Source: Nitrososphaerota archaeon
GTDB taxonomy: Archaea; Thermoproteota; EX4484-205; JAAOZP01
Direction: 5' to 3'
Length of the DNA stretch: 64,000 bases
Assembly: GCA_011605725.1 (NCBI GenBank)
Contig: JAAOZP010000012.1
Span: 96,001-160,000 of the forward strand
A program made the position numbers and the translations under genes. How positions within the stretch are numbered: the stretch's first letter is position 1; each line of letters begins with the position of its first letter. Under the pieces are notes generated by a model that had not been told where the DNA came from, made no database searches, and saw nothing but the letters and a program-made list of their open reading frames with translations. Shown one piece after another: positions 48,172 through 56,425 of the stretch.

Positions 48172-49254
48172 TTGTTAATGTTGAGGACTGTAGAATCAAG
48201 CTACCCGAACAAGGATATTAGGGAGAACTATTTGAAGGCTTTAGAATATCGTTACCCAGAATGGATTCCGTGTGGGGTTAACTTTTTACCAGGCGTATGG
48301 AAGAAGCACCGCGGGAAACTGGAGGACATCGTGGCTAGACACCCGCTTATCTTCGGCCATTATGAGAAGGACGGTAGGAATTTTGACGAGATGCCTCCTG
48401 TTTATCGCCCAGGATATTTCACGGATAACTGGGGATGTGTTTGGTATACTGTTAAAGAGGGTTTAGAGGGACAGGTTGTTGGACACCCGTTAGCCGACTG
48501 GAAAGCGTTTGAAAACTATCAGCCTCCAGACCCGTTGTTGAAGACGGAGAGAGGAGAAAGAGGAGTAGAATATTGGGAGAAAACTAAGAAGGCTTTCGCA
48601 GAGCGTAGGGAGAAGGGTCTTCTAAGGGTCGGCGACGGGGAACGCCTTTTCGACCGATTATACTTCTTAAGGGGCTTTGAAAACCTGATGAGGGACATTG
48701 TTACGGATGACCCTAACCTTCCAAGGCTTATAAACATGCTTCTAAATTACGAGACTAGGCTCGTTGAGAAGTGGCTTGAAATCGGAGTGGATATCATGAG
48801 CTTCCACACAGACATAGGGACGCAGAACGGTTTGATGATAAGCCCATTGAAATTCCGGAAATACTTTAAACCAATGTTTAAAAAGCTTTTCACCCTCTGC
48901 AGGAATGCGGGTGTACATGTTTATCTCTCCTCCGACGGGCGGCTGCTGGATATTGTTGACGACCTGGTTGAATGTGGAGTCTCCGTCCATGATCCGCAGC
49001 TCCGAGCGAACACGCTGGACGGGATTGCTAGAGCTTACAAGGGCAAGCTGTGCGTCGACCTTGACTTAGACAGGCAGACACTCCCATTCTGCAGTCCCCA
49101 GGATATTCGTAGAATGGTTGAGGAGAGCATTGGAAAACTGTATTTGCCAGAGGGCGGTTTAATGATGAAAGGAGAGATCGGGCCGGATGTTCCATTGGAA
49201 AACGTCGAGGCTCTGTGTCAAGCCATGGAGGATTTCTGCATCAGGCTAAGATAG
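48172..49254 (+). CDS. Uroporphyrinogen decarboxylase/MtaA-CmuA family protein
   Basis: DNWGCVW, LRGFENLMRD, TDIGTQ, LSSDG, VPLENV; close paralog of 23076..24140. Confidence 0.88.
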   Translation: MLMLRTVESSYPNKDIRENYLKALEYRYPEWIPCGVNFLPGVWKKHRGKLEDIVARHPLIFGHYEKDGRNFDEMPPVYRPGYFTDNWGCVWYTVKEGLEGQVVGHPLADWKAFENYQPPDPLLKTERGERGVEYWEKTKKAFAERREKGLLRVGDGERLFDRLYFLRGFENLMRDIVTDDPNLPRLINMLLNYETRLVEKWLEIGVDIMSFHTDIGTQNGLMISPLKFRKYFKPMFKKLFTLCRNAGVHVYLSSDGRLLDIVDDLVECGVSVHDPQLRANTLDGIARAYKGKLCVDLDLDRQTLPFCSPQDIRRMVEESIGKLYLPEGGLMMKGEIGPDVPLENVEALCQAMEDFCIRLR

Positions 49255-49296
49255 TTTTCAACCCTTTGTAAGAAGTGTTTCACGTAGATAGGGAGC

Positions 49297-50514
49297 CTAC
49301 GGTTTTAACGGGTAGAAGCCGTTTTCATAAGCCGACCTGTAGGCGGCGAGAATGTTTTTCAGGAGGCACGTTAGCCTGAATATTGTGAACCTGGTTGAAA
49401 ACGTATCCACCATTCCTAGCGAAAACCAGAATATTCTTTTTCACATGCTTGTAAACCTCCTCCGGACTACCGGCGTGAAACACCTTCTGAGTGTCCACGC
49501 CTCCACCCCAGAAAGCAACCTGGTCGCCGAACTCTTTCTTCAACCTCTCCGGCTCCATGTTTCTCGCAGAGATTTGAACAGGGTTCAGTATGTCGACGCC
49601 AGCATCTATCAGGTCCGGGATAAGATCATGTATTGAGCCGCAGGAGTGGAGGAAGACGAATATTCTCGAATGCTTCTTCACGTATTGAAAAAGCTCTGTG
49701 TGACACGGCTTTAAGAGTTCCCTGTATGTTTTCGGTGAAACCTGGGGTCCCGTCTGAATTCCGAGATCATCCCCGAAACCTATGACCTGCACGTGGTCTT
49801 TCAAGGCTTCAACATATTTCTTCACATTATGCATTAAAACACTCATCATCCTGTCAAGAATCGCTGAGGCCAAGCTCCTTCTGGAGGAAAGATCTATGAG
49901 CCAGTTTGACCACCCTCTCAGGCCCTGACCCCACTCGTGAACACTTCCCGCGCCGAAGAAGTGTAAAGCGAAACCCGTGGATGCTCCGCTCTCCCCCTTA
50001 GGCTTGAAACATACTCATCCCCTACTTTATGGCTCTCCCAATCATAATTCTTCAACGCTTCAGGACTCTCTGCTTTCTCAAGAGGATGATAGACACTGTC
50101 GAAGTATAGGCTGCCCTTAGGCATTTTTGAAACCACTATTCCTCTTCCGTTTCTAATAACCCATCCGCCGGCACCATCCGGCTCAGGGTTAAACCAGGCC
50201 GGGACCTCGCACCTAGTTCCATCCGGCAGAAACTATTCTCTCCACGTTTCGTCTCCGGGTCCGCATGGTTCAAGCGTCCTGGTGAGGGGAATCACGTCTA
50301 CTTTAAACAATTCAAGTATCTCTTTCTCAGGCTCAGCTAACTGTTGGCCAACATCGTAAACCCTTACAACACCCTTCTCCAAGCCGAGGTGTTTCTTCAG
50401 TCTAGCGTAAGCTATTGCCATTATACCGGTTGAAGGCATTGAGCCTAAGTCTATTGGAACCCTGTCAGGCTCCTCACGCCTCAGCGCCGTCAGAACCCTA
50501 GTTCTAGAGTCCAA
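49297..50514 (-). pseudogene. Disrupted URO-D/MtaA-family gene
   Basis: Continuous family signal (EPDRVPIDLG...GDDLG.Q...LHSCG...HNIQANVPPE) broken by an in-frame TAG (50233-50235), a frameshift near 49980 and a +1 A in an A-run near 49355. Confidence 0.85.
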
Positions 50515-50675
50515 GGAGTAACGCTTTAGTTTTCAGTTAATAAGTCTTAAGAACAGCGTGTCGAACAATAGAGGAAAAACCAGATAACATGCTTGAAAAA
50601 ACCTGTTGACCCTTAAGAGGTTTTCTCAAGAATAAGCCCCTAAACGCTTATATTTTATAGGGGAACCTTAGCATT

Positions 50676-51452
50676 ATGCATCCTGTGGTGGTTGTTGAAG
50701 GAGGCTGTCTGCCAGAGGTTTGGGAGAAGTCGATAACCGAGCTCTGGAGCAAGGGTGTGAACATTAGGACTGAATACGGGAACGACAGCAAGGACTGCAC
50801 GATGCTAATGATAATAAGAACCCCTTTAGCGGAGCCGAGAATCCATAAGGCTGGGCTGATGGTTGGCAAGCTTTCACAGCTTGAAGAATACGTTCAGGAG
50901 GTTTGCAACGGGATACATGACTCTTACGTGGAGAGAGGAATTTGGCCCTATACTTACCATGAACGCTTACGCTCCTACAAGTATTGCAGCGAGACGATCG
51001 ATCAGGTAGACTACATAGTTAGAAAGCTGGCGGAAGCACCTTACTCCAGGAGGGCGCAGGCGATAACTTGGAAGCCTTGGGTTGACCCGAAGATTGAAGA
51101 CCCGCCCTGCCTCCAAAGAATCTGGTTCAGAGTTTACGGAGACAGACTTATCATGGAGACCTGCTGGAGGTCGAGGGACGCTTTGAAAGCAGCCTTCATG
51201 AACATCTATGCTCTCACAATTCTTCAGAAAAACGTGGCGGAAGAGTTGTCGAGGAAGACTGGAAGAACCATTGTTCCAGGCGAATACGTGGATTTCTCAA
51301 ACTCATACCACATATATGAAGCTGATTTCGAAAAGGCGGAAAGCCTAGTTAAACGCTCCAAGGAGTCAGGGTGGGAGACACGCTCCTGGAGCACTGAGCA
51401 GTTTAAAAGCATTGTTGAAATGGAGACGAGGGTTTCAAAAGCCTCAGGCTAA
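50676..51452 (+). CDS. thyA: Archaeal-type thymidylate synthase
   Basis: YTYHERL, DQ, SRRAQAITW, PPCL, RSRD, N, SYHIY. Confidence 0.75.
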   Translation: MHPVVVVEGGCLPEVWEKSITELWSKGVNIRTEYGNDSKDCTMLMIIRTPLAEPRIHKAGLMVGKLSQLEEYVQEVCNGIHDSYVERGIWPYTYHERLRSYKYCSETIDQVDYIVRKLAEAPYSRRAQAITWKPWVDPKIEDPPCLQRIWFRVYGDRLIMETCWRSRDALKAAFMNIYALTILQKNVAEELSRKTGRTIVPGEYVDFSNSYHIYEADFEKAESLVKRSKESGWETRSWSTEQFKSIVEMETRVSKASG

Positions 51453-52324
51453 CCTATTCTGGAGATTACCTCCAGCAAACCCTGCATCGAGATGTATGAG
51501 GCAGCGTACGCACCTGAGCTGAACTCTTTTCCACCAGGGGTTCTCAACATGGGCTCCTTAAGACTCCTCGTTACTCTCCAGTGGGTCTCGAGTGAAACAT
51601 AGCCTTCATACCCAATCTCCTTTAAAGCCTTTAGGTTTTCCCCTATTTTAGCCTGGCCCTCCCCGACTTTCAAAAACCTGGTTTCAGAACCTTCTCTAAC
51701 ACCGTCCTTAACATGCACATGCTTTATAAACTTCTTCACGTAGTTAAACCCCGTCGGAAAAGGGTCTTCACCCTCCTCATCCATCAGCTCATTACCTGGA
51801 TCCCACAGCGCCTTGACAGAGCTCGCACCCAGGGAGTTTATGAAGTCCGCCAGCATCCTCCCGTTCCCGACGAAGGTTGAAGGCTCATTCTCAACAATTA
51901 TCGTAACACCCTGCTTCTCAGCCATTTCAACAATCCTTCTGAATTTCTCAATTATGGTTCTCTTGTAATCCTCATATCTTCCTTTCTTCCAGAATGTGAA
52001 AGCCCTGACCAGTTGAGTGTCCAGGTGGCCAGCAAGCTCCAACGCGCTTCTAAATATCTCTATGTGTTTCTCGTATTCCTCTGCCGAATCAATGTCGCAT
52101 TTGAAAGTTGGAGACGCTATTGCACACACTTTTAAACCGTTATCTTGGAGAAACTTTTTCAAAACATTTTTCTCCCCAAGGATTTCTGGAAAACCCTTGT
52201 CAAGTATTGTTCTAATCTCTATAGCATCTATGTTGAAACTCCCAGCGAATTCCCTCACCTCACCCAGGTCTTGCGAAACCTCATCCGTTATGAACGATAG
52301 TTTAAATTTAATGTTCAACTTCAA
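51449..52324 (-). CDS. Sugar phosphate isomerase/epimerase (TIM barrel)
   Basis: ITDEVSQD, VENE, WDPGN, HVHVKD, SLETH. Confidence 0.88.
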   Translation of the reverse strand: MKLNIKFKLSFITDEVSQDLGEVREFAGSFNIDAIEIRTILDKGFPEILGEKNVLKKFLQDNGLKVCAIASPTFKCDIDSAEEYEKHIEIFRSALELAGHLDTQLVRAFTFWKKGRYEDYKRTIIEKFRRIVEMAEKQGVTIIVENEPSTFVGNGRMLADFINSLGASSVKALWDPGNELMDEEGEDPFPTGFNYVKKFIKHVHVKDGVREGSETRFLKVGEGQAKIGENLKALKEIGYEGYVSLETHWRVTRSLKEPMLRTPGGKEFSSGAYAASYISMQGLLEVISRIG

Positions 52325-52333
52325 ATAACCTCC

Positions 52334-53386
52334 CTACTCCACCAGTGGTAGAGCCACTTTACTCCCAGTTCTATGAGCCCTGTATATGGCGAGGACAATC
52401 TCCAGCGATTTCCTCGCCTCCTCACCGGGGACTGCAGGAGGCCTATCCTTCAGAATCGACTCAATAAAGTCCCTAACAGTCTCATCGTGTCCAAGGAACG
52501 GGGTTACTGTCTCCATTCTTTCCCCCACGCTTTCTTTACTCACAACCGTCCCGCTTTCCTCACTCCACTCCCTTGCAACCCTCTTATCACTCCCTATGAT
52601 GACGGATTTTCTGCTACCGTAGATCGCGACCCAATCCTCCTGGGGTCGAAGGTCAACGCTCCCTAGTATGTAGCCTATTGCACCGCTCTTAAAACGGAGT
52701 ATTGAAACAGCGATGTCCTCGGTTTCAATACTGTGCATCCTAGTATCGTATATCCCATAGAGATATTCCACCGGCCCCATTATCCATTGCAAAAGATCCA
52801 CAAGGTGGATTGTTTGATTTATTAAGGCTCCTCCGCCCTCAGTAGCCCATTTTCCACGCCAAGACTTTGCGACTTCATCCGCATGGTAGTAGGTCTTGTC
52901 TTCACGATACCATTTTACGACGGCTTCACCGTATATCGGTATTCCGAAGTCACCGTTTTCAAACTCTCTCTTCACCCTTTGAACATCCTGCGAGAAACGG
53001 TTTTGAAAAACTATTGCAAGTTTCACGCCGTTTTTTCTACAGGCACTAATCATTTCGTCCGCCTGCTTTAGAGATATTGCTATTGGCTTCTCGCAGAGAA
53101 CATGCTTAAAGTGTTCTGCAGCTTTTATCGTTATTTCAGCATGCAGGTGGTGGGGCGTACAGATGCTTACCGCATCAACACTCCTGTCTTTCAACAGGTC
53201 TTCATAGTTCTCGTAAACACTGGCATGCTTAAGGCTGAACCTCTCAGCCAGAGCCTTCGCTCTTTCAACCCTGCTGTCGGCGAGAGCAGTTATCTCAGCC
53301 ATACCTGATTTCAAATAGCCGGAGACGTGGGAAGCCGCAATCCCGCCGCACCCGATTACCCCGACTCTCACTTTCTCTCCGCCCAT
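52334..53386 (-). CDS. Gfo/Idh/MocA family oxidoreductase
   Basis: GVIGCGGIA, CEKPIA, GGGALINQTIHLVD. Confidence 0.92.
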   Translation of the reverse strand: MGGEKVRVGVIGCGGIAASHVSGYLKSGMAEITALADSRVERAKALAERFSLKHASVYENYEDLLKDRSVDAVSICTPHHLHAEITIKAAEHFKHVLCEKPIAISLKQADEMISACRKNGVKLAIVFQNRFSQDVQRVKREFENGDFGIPIYGEAVVKWYREDKTYYHADEVAKSWRGKWATEGGGALINQTIHLVDLLQWIMGPVEYLYGIYDTRMHSIETEDIAVSILRFKSGAIGYILGSVDLRPQEDWVAIYGSRKSVIIGSDKRVAREWSEESGTVVSKESVGERMETVTPFLGHDETVRDFIESILKDRPPAVPGEEARKSLEIVLAIYRAHRTGSKVALPLVE

Positions 53387-53428
53387 TTTCGTATCGTCAC
53401 GGATGAATCAGGAGCAGTATATAAATGA

Positions 53429-53449
53429 TGTGATTAGAGGAGCATCACA
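53429..53449. promoter_or_regulatory. Candidate operator TGTGAT-N9-ATCACA between divergent TATA boxes
   Basis: Perfect 6-bp inverted repeat flanked by TATATAAA (53418-53425) and TTTATAA (53453-53459). Confidence 0.45.
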
Positions 53450-53482
53450 ACGTTTATAAGCCTACCGTTTCCACGCAAAATT

Positions 53483-54754
53483 ATGGAGAGGGAGAAAAGA
53501 TTCATAAAGATTTTTGAAGAAATCCCCAACACTCCAGTGATAGATATTCACACGCATCTGAACCCTGTGAGGCTGAAAGCTAAGGATTTATCTGAAATAA
53601 TCCTATACCATTACATTGCTACGGAGCTTGCTTCCTCAGGAATGCCTAGAGAAATACTTGACATAGAGGATCCTGATGAAAGAGTTAGAAGGGTCATCCC
53701 ATTTCTTAAAAACGTGAGAAACACGTCGACCTTCTGGGCTTTAAGAAGGGTTTTCAGCCTCTTTGATTTTAACGAGGAGCTGACTGAGAAAAGCTTTGCT
53801 CTGCTTAAAGACAAATTTATGGATTTTGAGAAAAACTTTGACGGAGTCAGTTTTCTGAGGAAAAGGGTCAAGGTTGAGAAAGCATTTCTAACACTACAAT
53901 TCACGGATACTGGTTTAACTTTCGACACTTCCTTCTTCACAGGCTCCCTGAGGCTTGAAAGACTTTCGAAGGAGTTTTCGAAGGAATCACTCGGAATGCT
54001 TGAGAACCTTTTCTCTTTAAAAGTAAACAGTGTTAGAGGTATGAGGGAGGCTGTAGGAGAAGTATTTGACAAGTTTAAAGAACGTATTTCGACAATCACC
54101 ATTAGCTTGAATCCTAGTGAAACCATTGTTACAGACCATAGAGAGGAGCTTGTTGACGAGGCGATACGGAAGACCGAGACGGGGGGAAGGCTTAGCCTAG
54201 AGGAGAAAAACGCGCTTCTATCATTCGTAGTAGAAGAATTTCTCAAACTAATTAAGGATGAAGGGATTGTGTTTCAGCTGATGCTGGGTGTTGAAAGACC
54301 TGTTGTTGGAGCCTCTCCACCGGATTACGCGATAGTTGTGAACGAACCCAGCCAACTGCTCTCGCTCTGCCCATTGTTCCACAAGTATAAAGAGGTTAGT
54401 TTCGACCTTATATCTGCAAGCAGAACGCAGACTCATGAGCTTGACGTGATTGCTAAAAACTACAGGAATGTTTACGTATCAGGCTTCTGGTGGTACTCAT
54501 ACTATCCCTCCATAATGATGGAGAGAACGGTTGAGAAGCTCCAAATGCTGCCTGTGAACAAGTGGTGTGCGTTCTTCAGCGATGCCCAGGTTCCAGAATG
54601 GGTTTTCGGTAAGGCGCAGCTGGTTAAACATCAGCTGGCCATTACCCTAAGCGATTTAGTTGAGAAAGAATATTTAGATTTGCAGCTTGCACTTGAAACA
54701 GCAAGAAGTTTGCTTTACGAGAACGCGTTAGAAATCTATCGTTTGAAACGATAA
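53483..54754 (+). CDS. uxaC: Uronate (glucuronate/galacturonate) isomerase, amidohydrolase fold
   Basis: DIHTHL, YHYIATEL, QLMLGV, GFWWY, FFSDA. Confidence 0.8.
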   Translation: MEREKRFIKIFEEIPNTPVIDIHTHLNPVRLKAKDLSEIILYHYIATELASSGMPREILDIEDPDERVRRVIPFLKNVRNTSTFWALRRVFSLFDFNEELTEKSFALLKDKFMDFEKNFDGVSFLRKRVKVEKAFLTLQFTDTGLTFDTSFFTGSLRLERLSKEFSKESLGMLENLFSLKVNSVRGMREAVGEVFDKFKERISTITISLNPSETIVTDHREELVDEAIRKTETGGRLSLEEKNALLSFVVEEFLKLIKDEGIVFQLMLGVERPVVGASPPDYAIVVNEPSQLLSLCPLFHKYKEVSFDLISASRTQTHELDVIAKNYRNVYVSGFWWYSYYPSIMMERTVEKLQMLPVNKWCAFFSDAQVPEWVFGKAQLVKHQLAITLSDLVEKEYLDLQLALETARSLLYENALEIYRLKR

Positions 54755-54818
54755 GCTAGCACGCTATTTGTCGAACGCGATTACCATGCTCTCAAGACCC
54801 TGCGTGTTGAAGATAAGC

Positions 54819-56414
54819 CTATACTAACTGTTTAAGCCTTCTTATATGACCTTTTCCAACACCTCGAACAGCACACCCGTTTTTCAAATACTCGATTATC
54901 TTCCGGTCGTCGACTATGTTAAAAGCATCCACGATTGCAGGCGTACCCCCGTTCATTCTTAGGACTTCCTCAGGCTCTAGTTGAAGGTAAACCTTATGCC
55001 TGACGGCGAAGACTATTGCGTCAACCCCTTTAACAACCTTCTCTAAATCCTGCTCAACCCTCAGGTTCTTCAAATCCTCCTGATTCCTGAATTGCTTTGC
55101 CAGTGAGAACTCGTCTTCATCCTGCTGGGCGAACTCCGGCCAAACCTTCACGTAAGGGTCGTGAACCCTTATTTCAAAACCCATTTCCCTAAGCCTTCTT
55201 ATCAGGATCTCTGAAGGAGAATGACGAGTATCACCTATATCAGCAAGGTAAGAGGCTCCGAGAACCGCTACAGTCGAGCCTTTAATATCCCTACCCGCCT
55301 CTCTAAGAGCATCCGCAACCAGATCGGCGGTGTGAAGCGGCATTTTATCATTAATGTTTATCGCTTCAATAGTGTACGGCACGCCTTCGCAACATCCGAA
55401 TATTTCCTTGAAAGCCCAGTTAGCCAGCACGCTATCCTTCGTTAAACAATACCCGCCTACGCCTAATCCAGGGTTCATAATGTTACTGTGGGTTGGGCGA
55501 ACCCTTATTCCGGGTAGAACCTTCCAAAGATCTATACCTATTTCCTCAGCCCTAAGCGTCCAATCATATATGAAGGCTATGTTAACAGCCCTGTAGGAGT
55601 TTTCAAGTACCTTCGCAACTTCGGAGGCAGTAGTATTTTCAGCCTCGTAGAGAGGGTAAGTTATCACTCGCGACAAGAATCTTCGCGCAAGCTCCGCACT
55701 CTCCGCATCTATCCCAGCCCATGTTCTCCAGAAGTCCCTTATCGAGCTGACGTATTGTCTGCCCGGCATAACCCTTTCATAGGAATGAGCTAGATGCGGC
55801 GGCTTAGTTATACCCCTTTTCTCCCTCTCCTCCTTGAGAATCGGAAGCACGATTCTCTCGCAGGTTCCAGGGGGCACGGTGGTTTCAACCAGAACGAGAG
55901 CATCCTCCTTCATATACTTCCCTATCGTTCTGCAGCCGGCTTTGAAAGCATCCAGCTCAACATATCCCGCCTCAGCCTTTCCGAAAACAGGTTTCACAGC
56001 GTCAAGCTGTATGTCGACAACAATTATGTCGGCAAGACCCAGCGACTCCTCGCAGCCAGTAGCCATCAGGGTCTTCTTTTCAAGAACCGTCCTCCGGAAT
56101 ATTTCAGGTATCTCCGGATCCTCTGCACTCACAGGGGGTTTCCCCGAGTTTATGTACGGGATTTTCCAGTAGGATCTTTTAGAAGGCCTCTGATAGCCAA
56201 GTACGAAGTACGGAGAATCCTTCGCATCCGCGACGACGGCAGCCATAACCGCTCCGACGAAACCAAGCCCCATGACAGTAACTATCTCTCTACCGTGGGC
56301 ACGCTGATCCTCAACTATCCCCACTATTCTCGCAAACTCAGCCTTCAACTCATCTTTAGACGGAATACTATATGTAACGCCGTCCGGTGAAACAGAATAC
56401 TCTGGCATTTCCAA
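54819..56414 (-). CDS. Nucleotide-sugar 6-dehydrogenase (UDP-Glc/UDP-HexNAc dehydrogenase family)
   Basis: GLGFVG, ETTVPPGT, ERVMPG, KVLENSYR..NIAF, GVGGYCLTKD, D.RHSPS. Confidence 0.9.
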   Translation of the reverse strand: MEMPEYSVSPDGVTYSIPSKDELKAEFARIVGIVEDQRAHGREIVTVMGLGFVGAVMAAVVADAKDSPYFVLGYQRPSKRSYWKIPYINSGKPPVSAEDPEIPEIFRRTVLEKKTLMATGCEESLGLADIIVVDIQLDAVKPVFGKAEAGYVELDAFKAGCRTIGKYMKEDALVLVETTVPPGTCERIVLPILKEEREKRGITKPPHLAHSYERVMPGRQYVSSIRDFWRTWAGIDAESAELARRFLSRVITYPLYEAENTTASEVAKVLENSYRAVNIAFIYDWTLRAEEIGIDLWKVLPGIRVRPTHSNIMNPGLGVGGYCLTKDSVLANWAFKEIFGCCEGVPYTIEAININDKMPLHTADLVADALREAGRDIKGSTVAVLGASYLADIGDTRHSPSEILIRRLREMGFEIRVHDPYVKVWPEFAQQDEDEFSLAKQFRNQEDLKNLRVEQDLEKVVKGVDAIVFAVRHKVYLQLEPEEVLRMNGGTPAIVDAFNIVDDRKIIEYLKNGCAVRGVGKGHIRRLKQLV

Positions 56415-56425
56415 CCCTCCGGATG

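Noticed and set aside
50233-50235. In-frame TAG in a methyltransferase-related gene, suggesting pyrrolysine readthrough
   Set aside because: The same gene has two further frameshifts, the family is not a known Pyl carrier, and no pyl genes are in the window. A nonsense mutation is simpler.
53611-54246. 211-aa antisense ORF, and similar shadow ORFs such as 55794..56390, 57774..58265 and 8678..9079
   Set aside because: They lie opposite well-supported genes, are Ser/Leu-rich or low-complexity and have no motifs.
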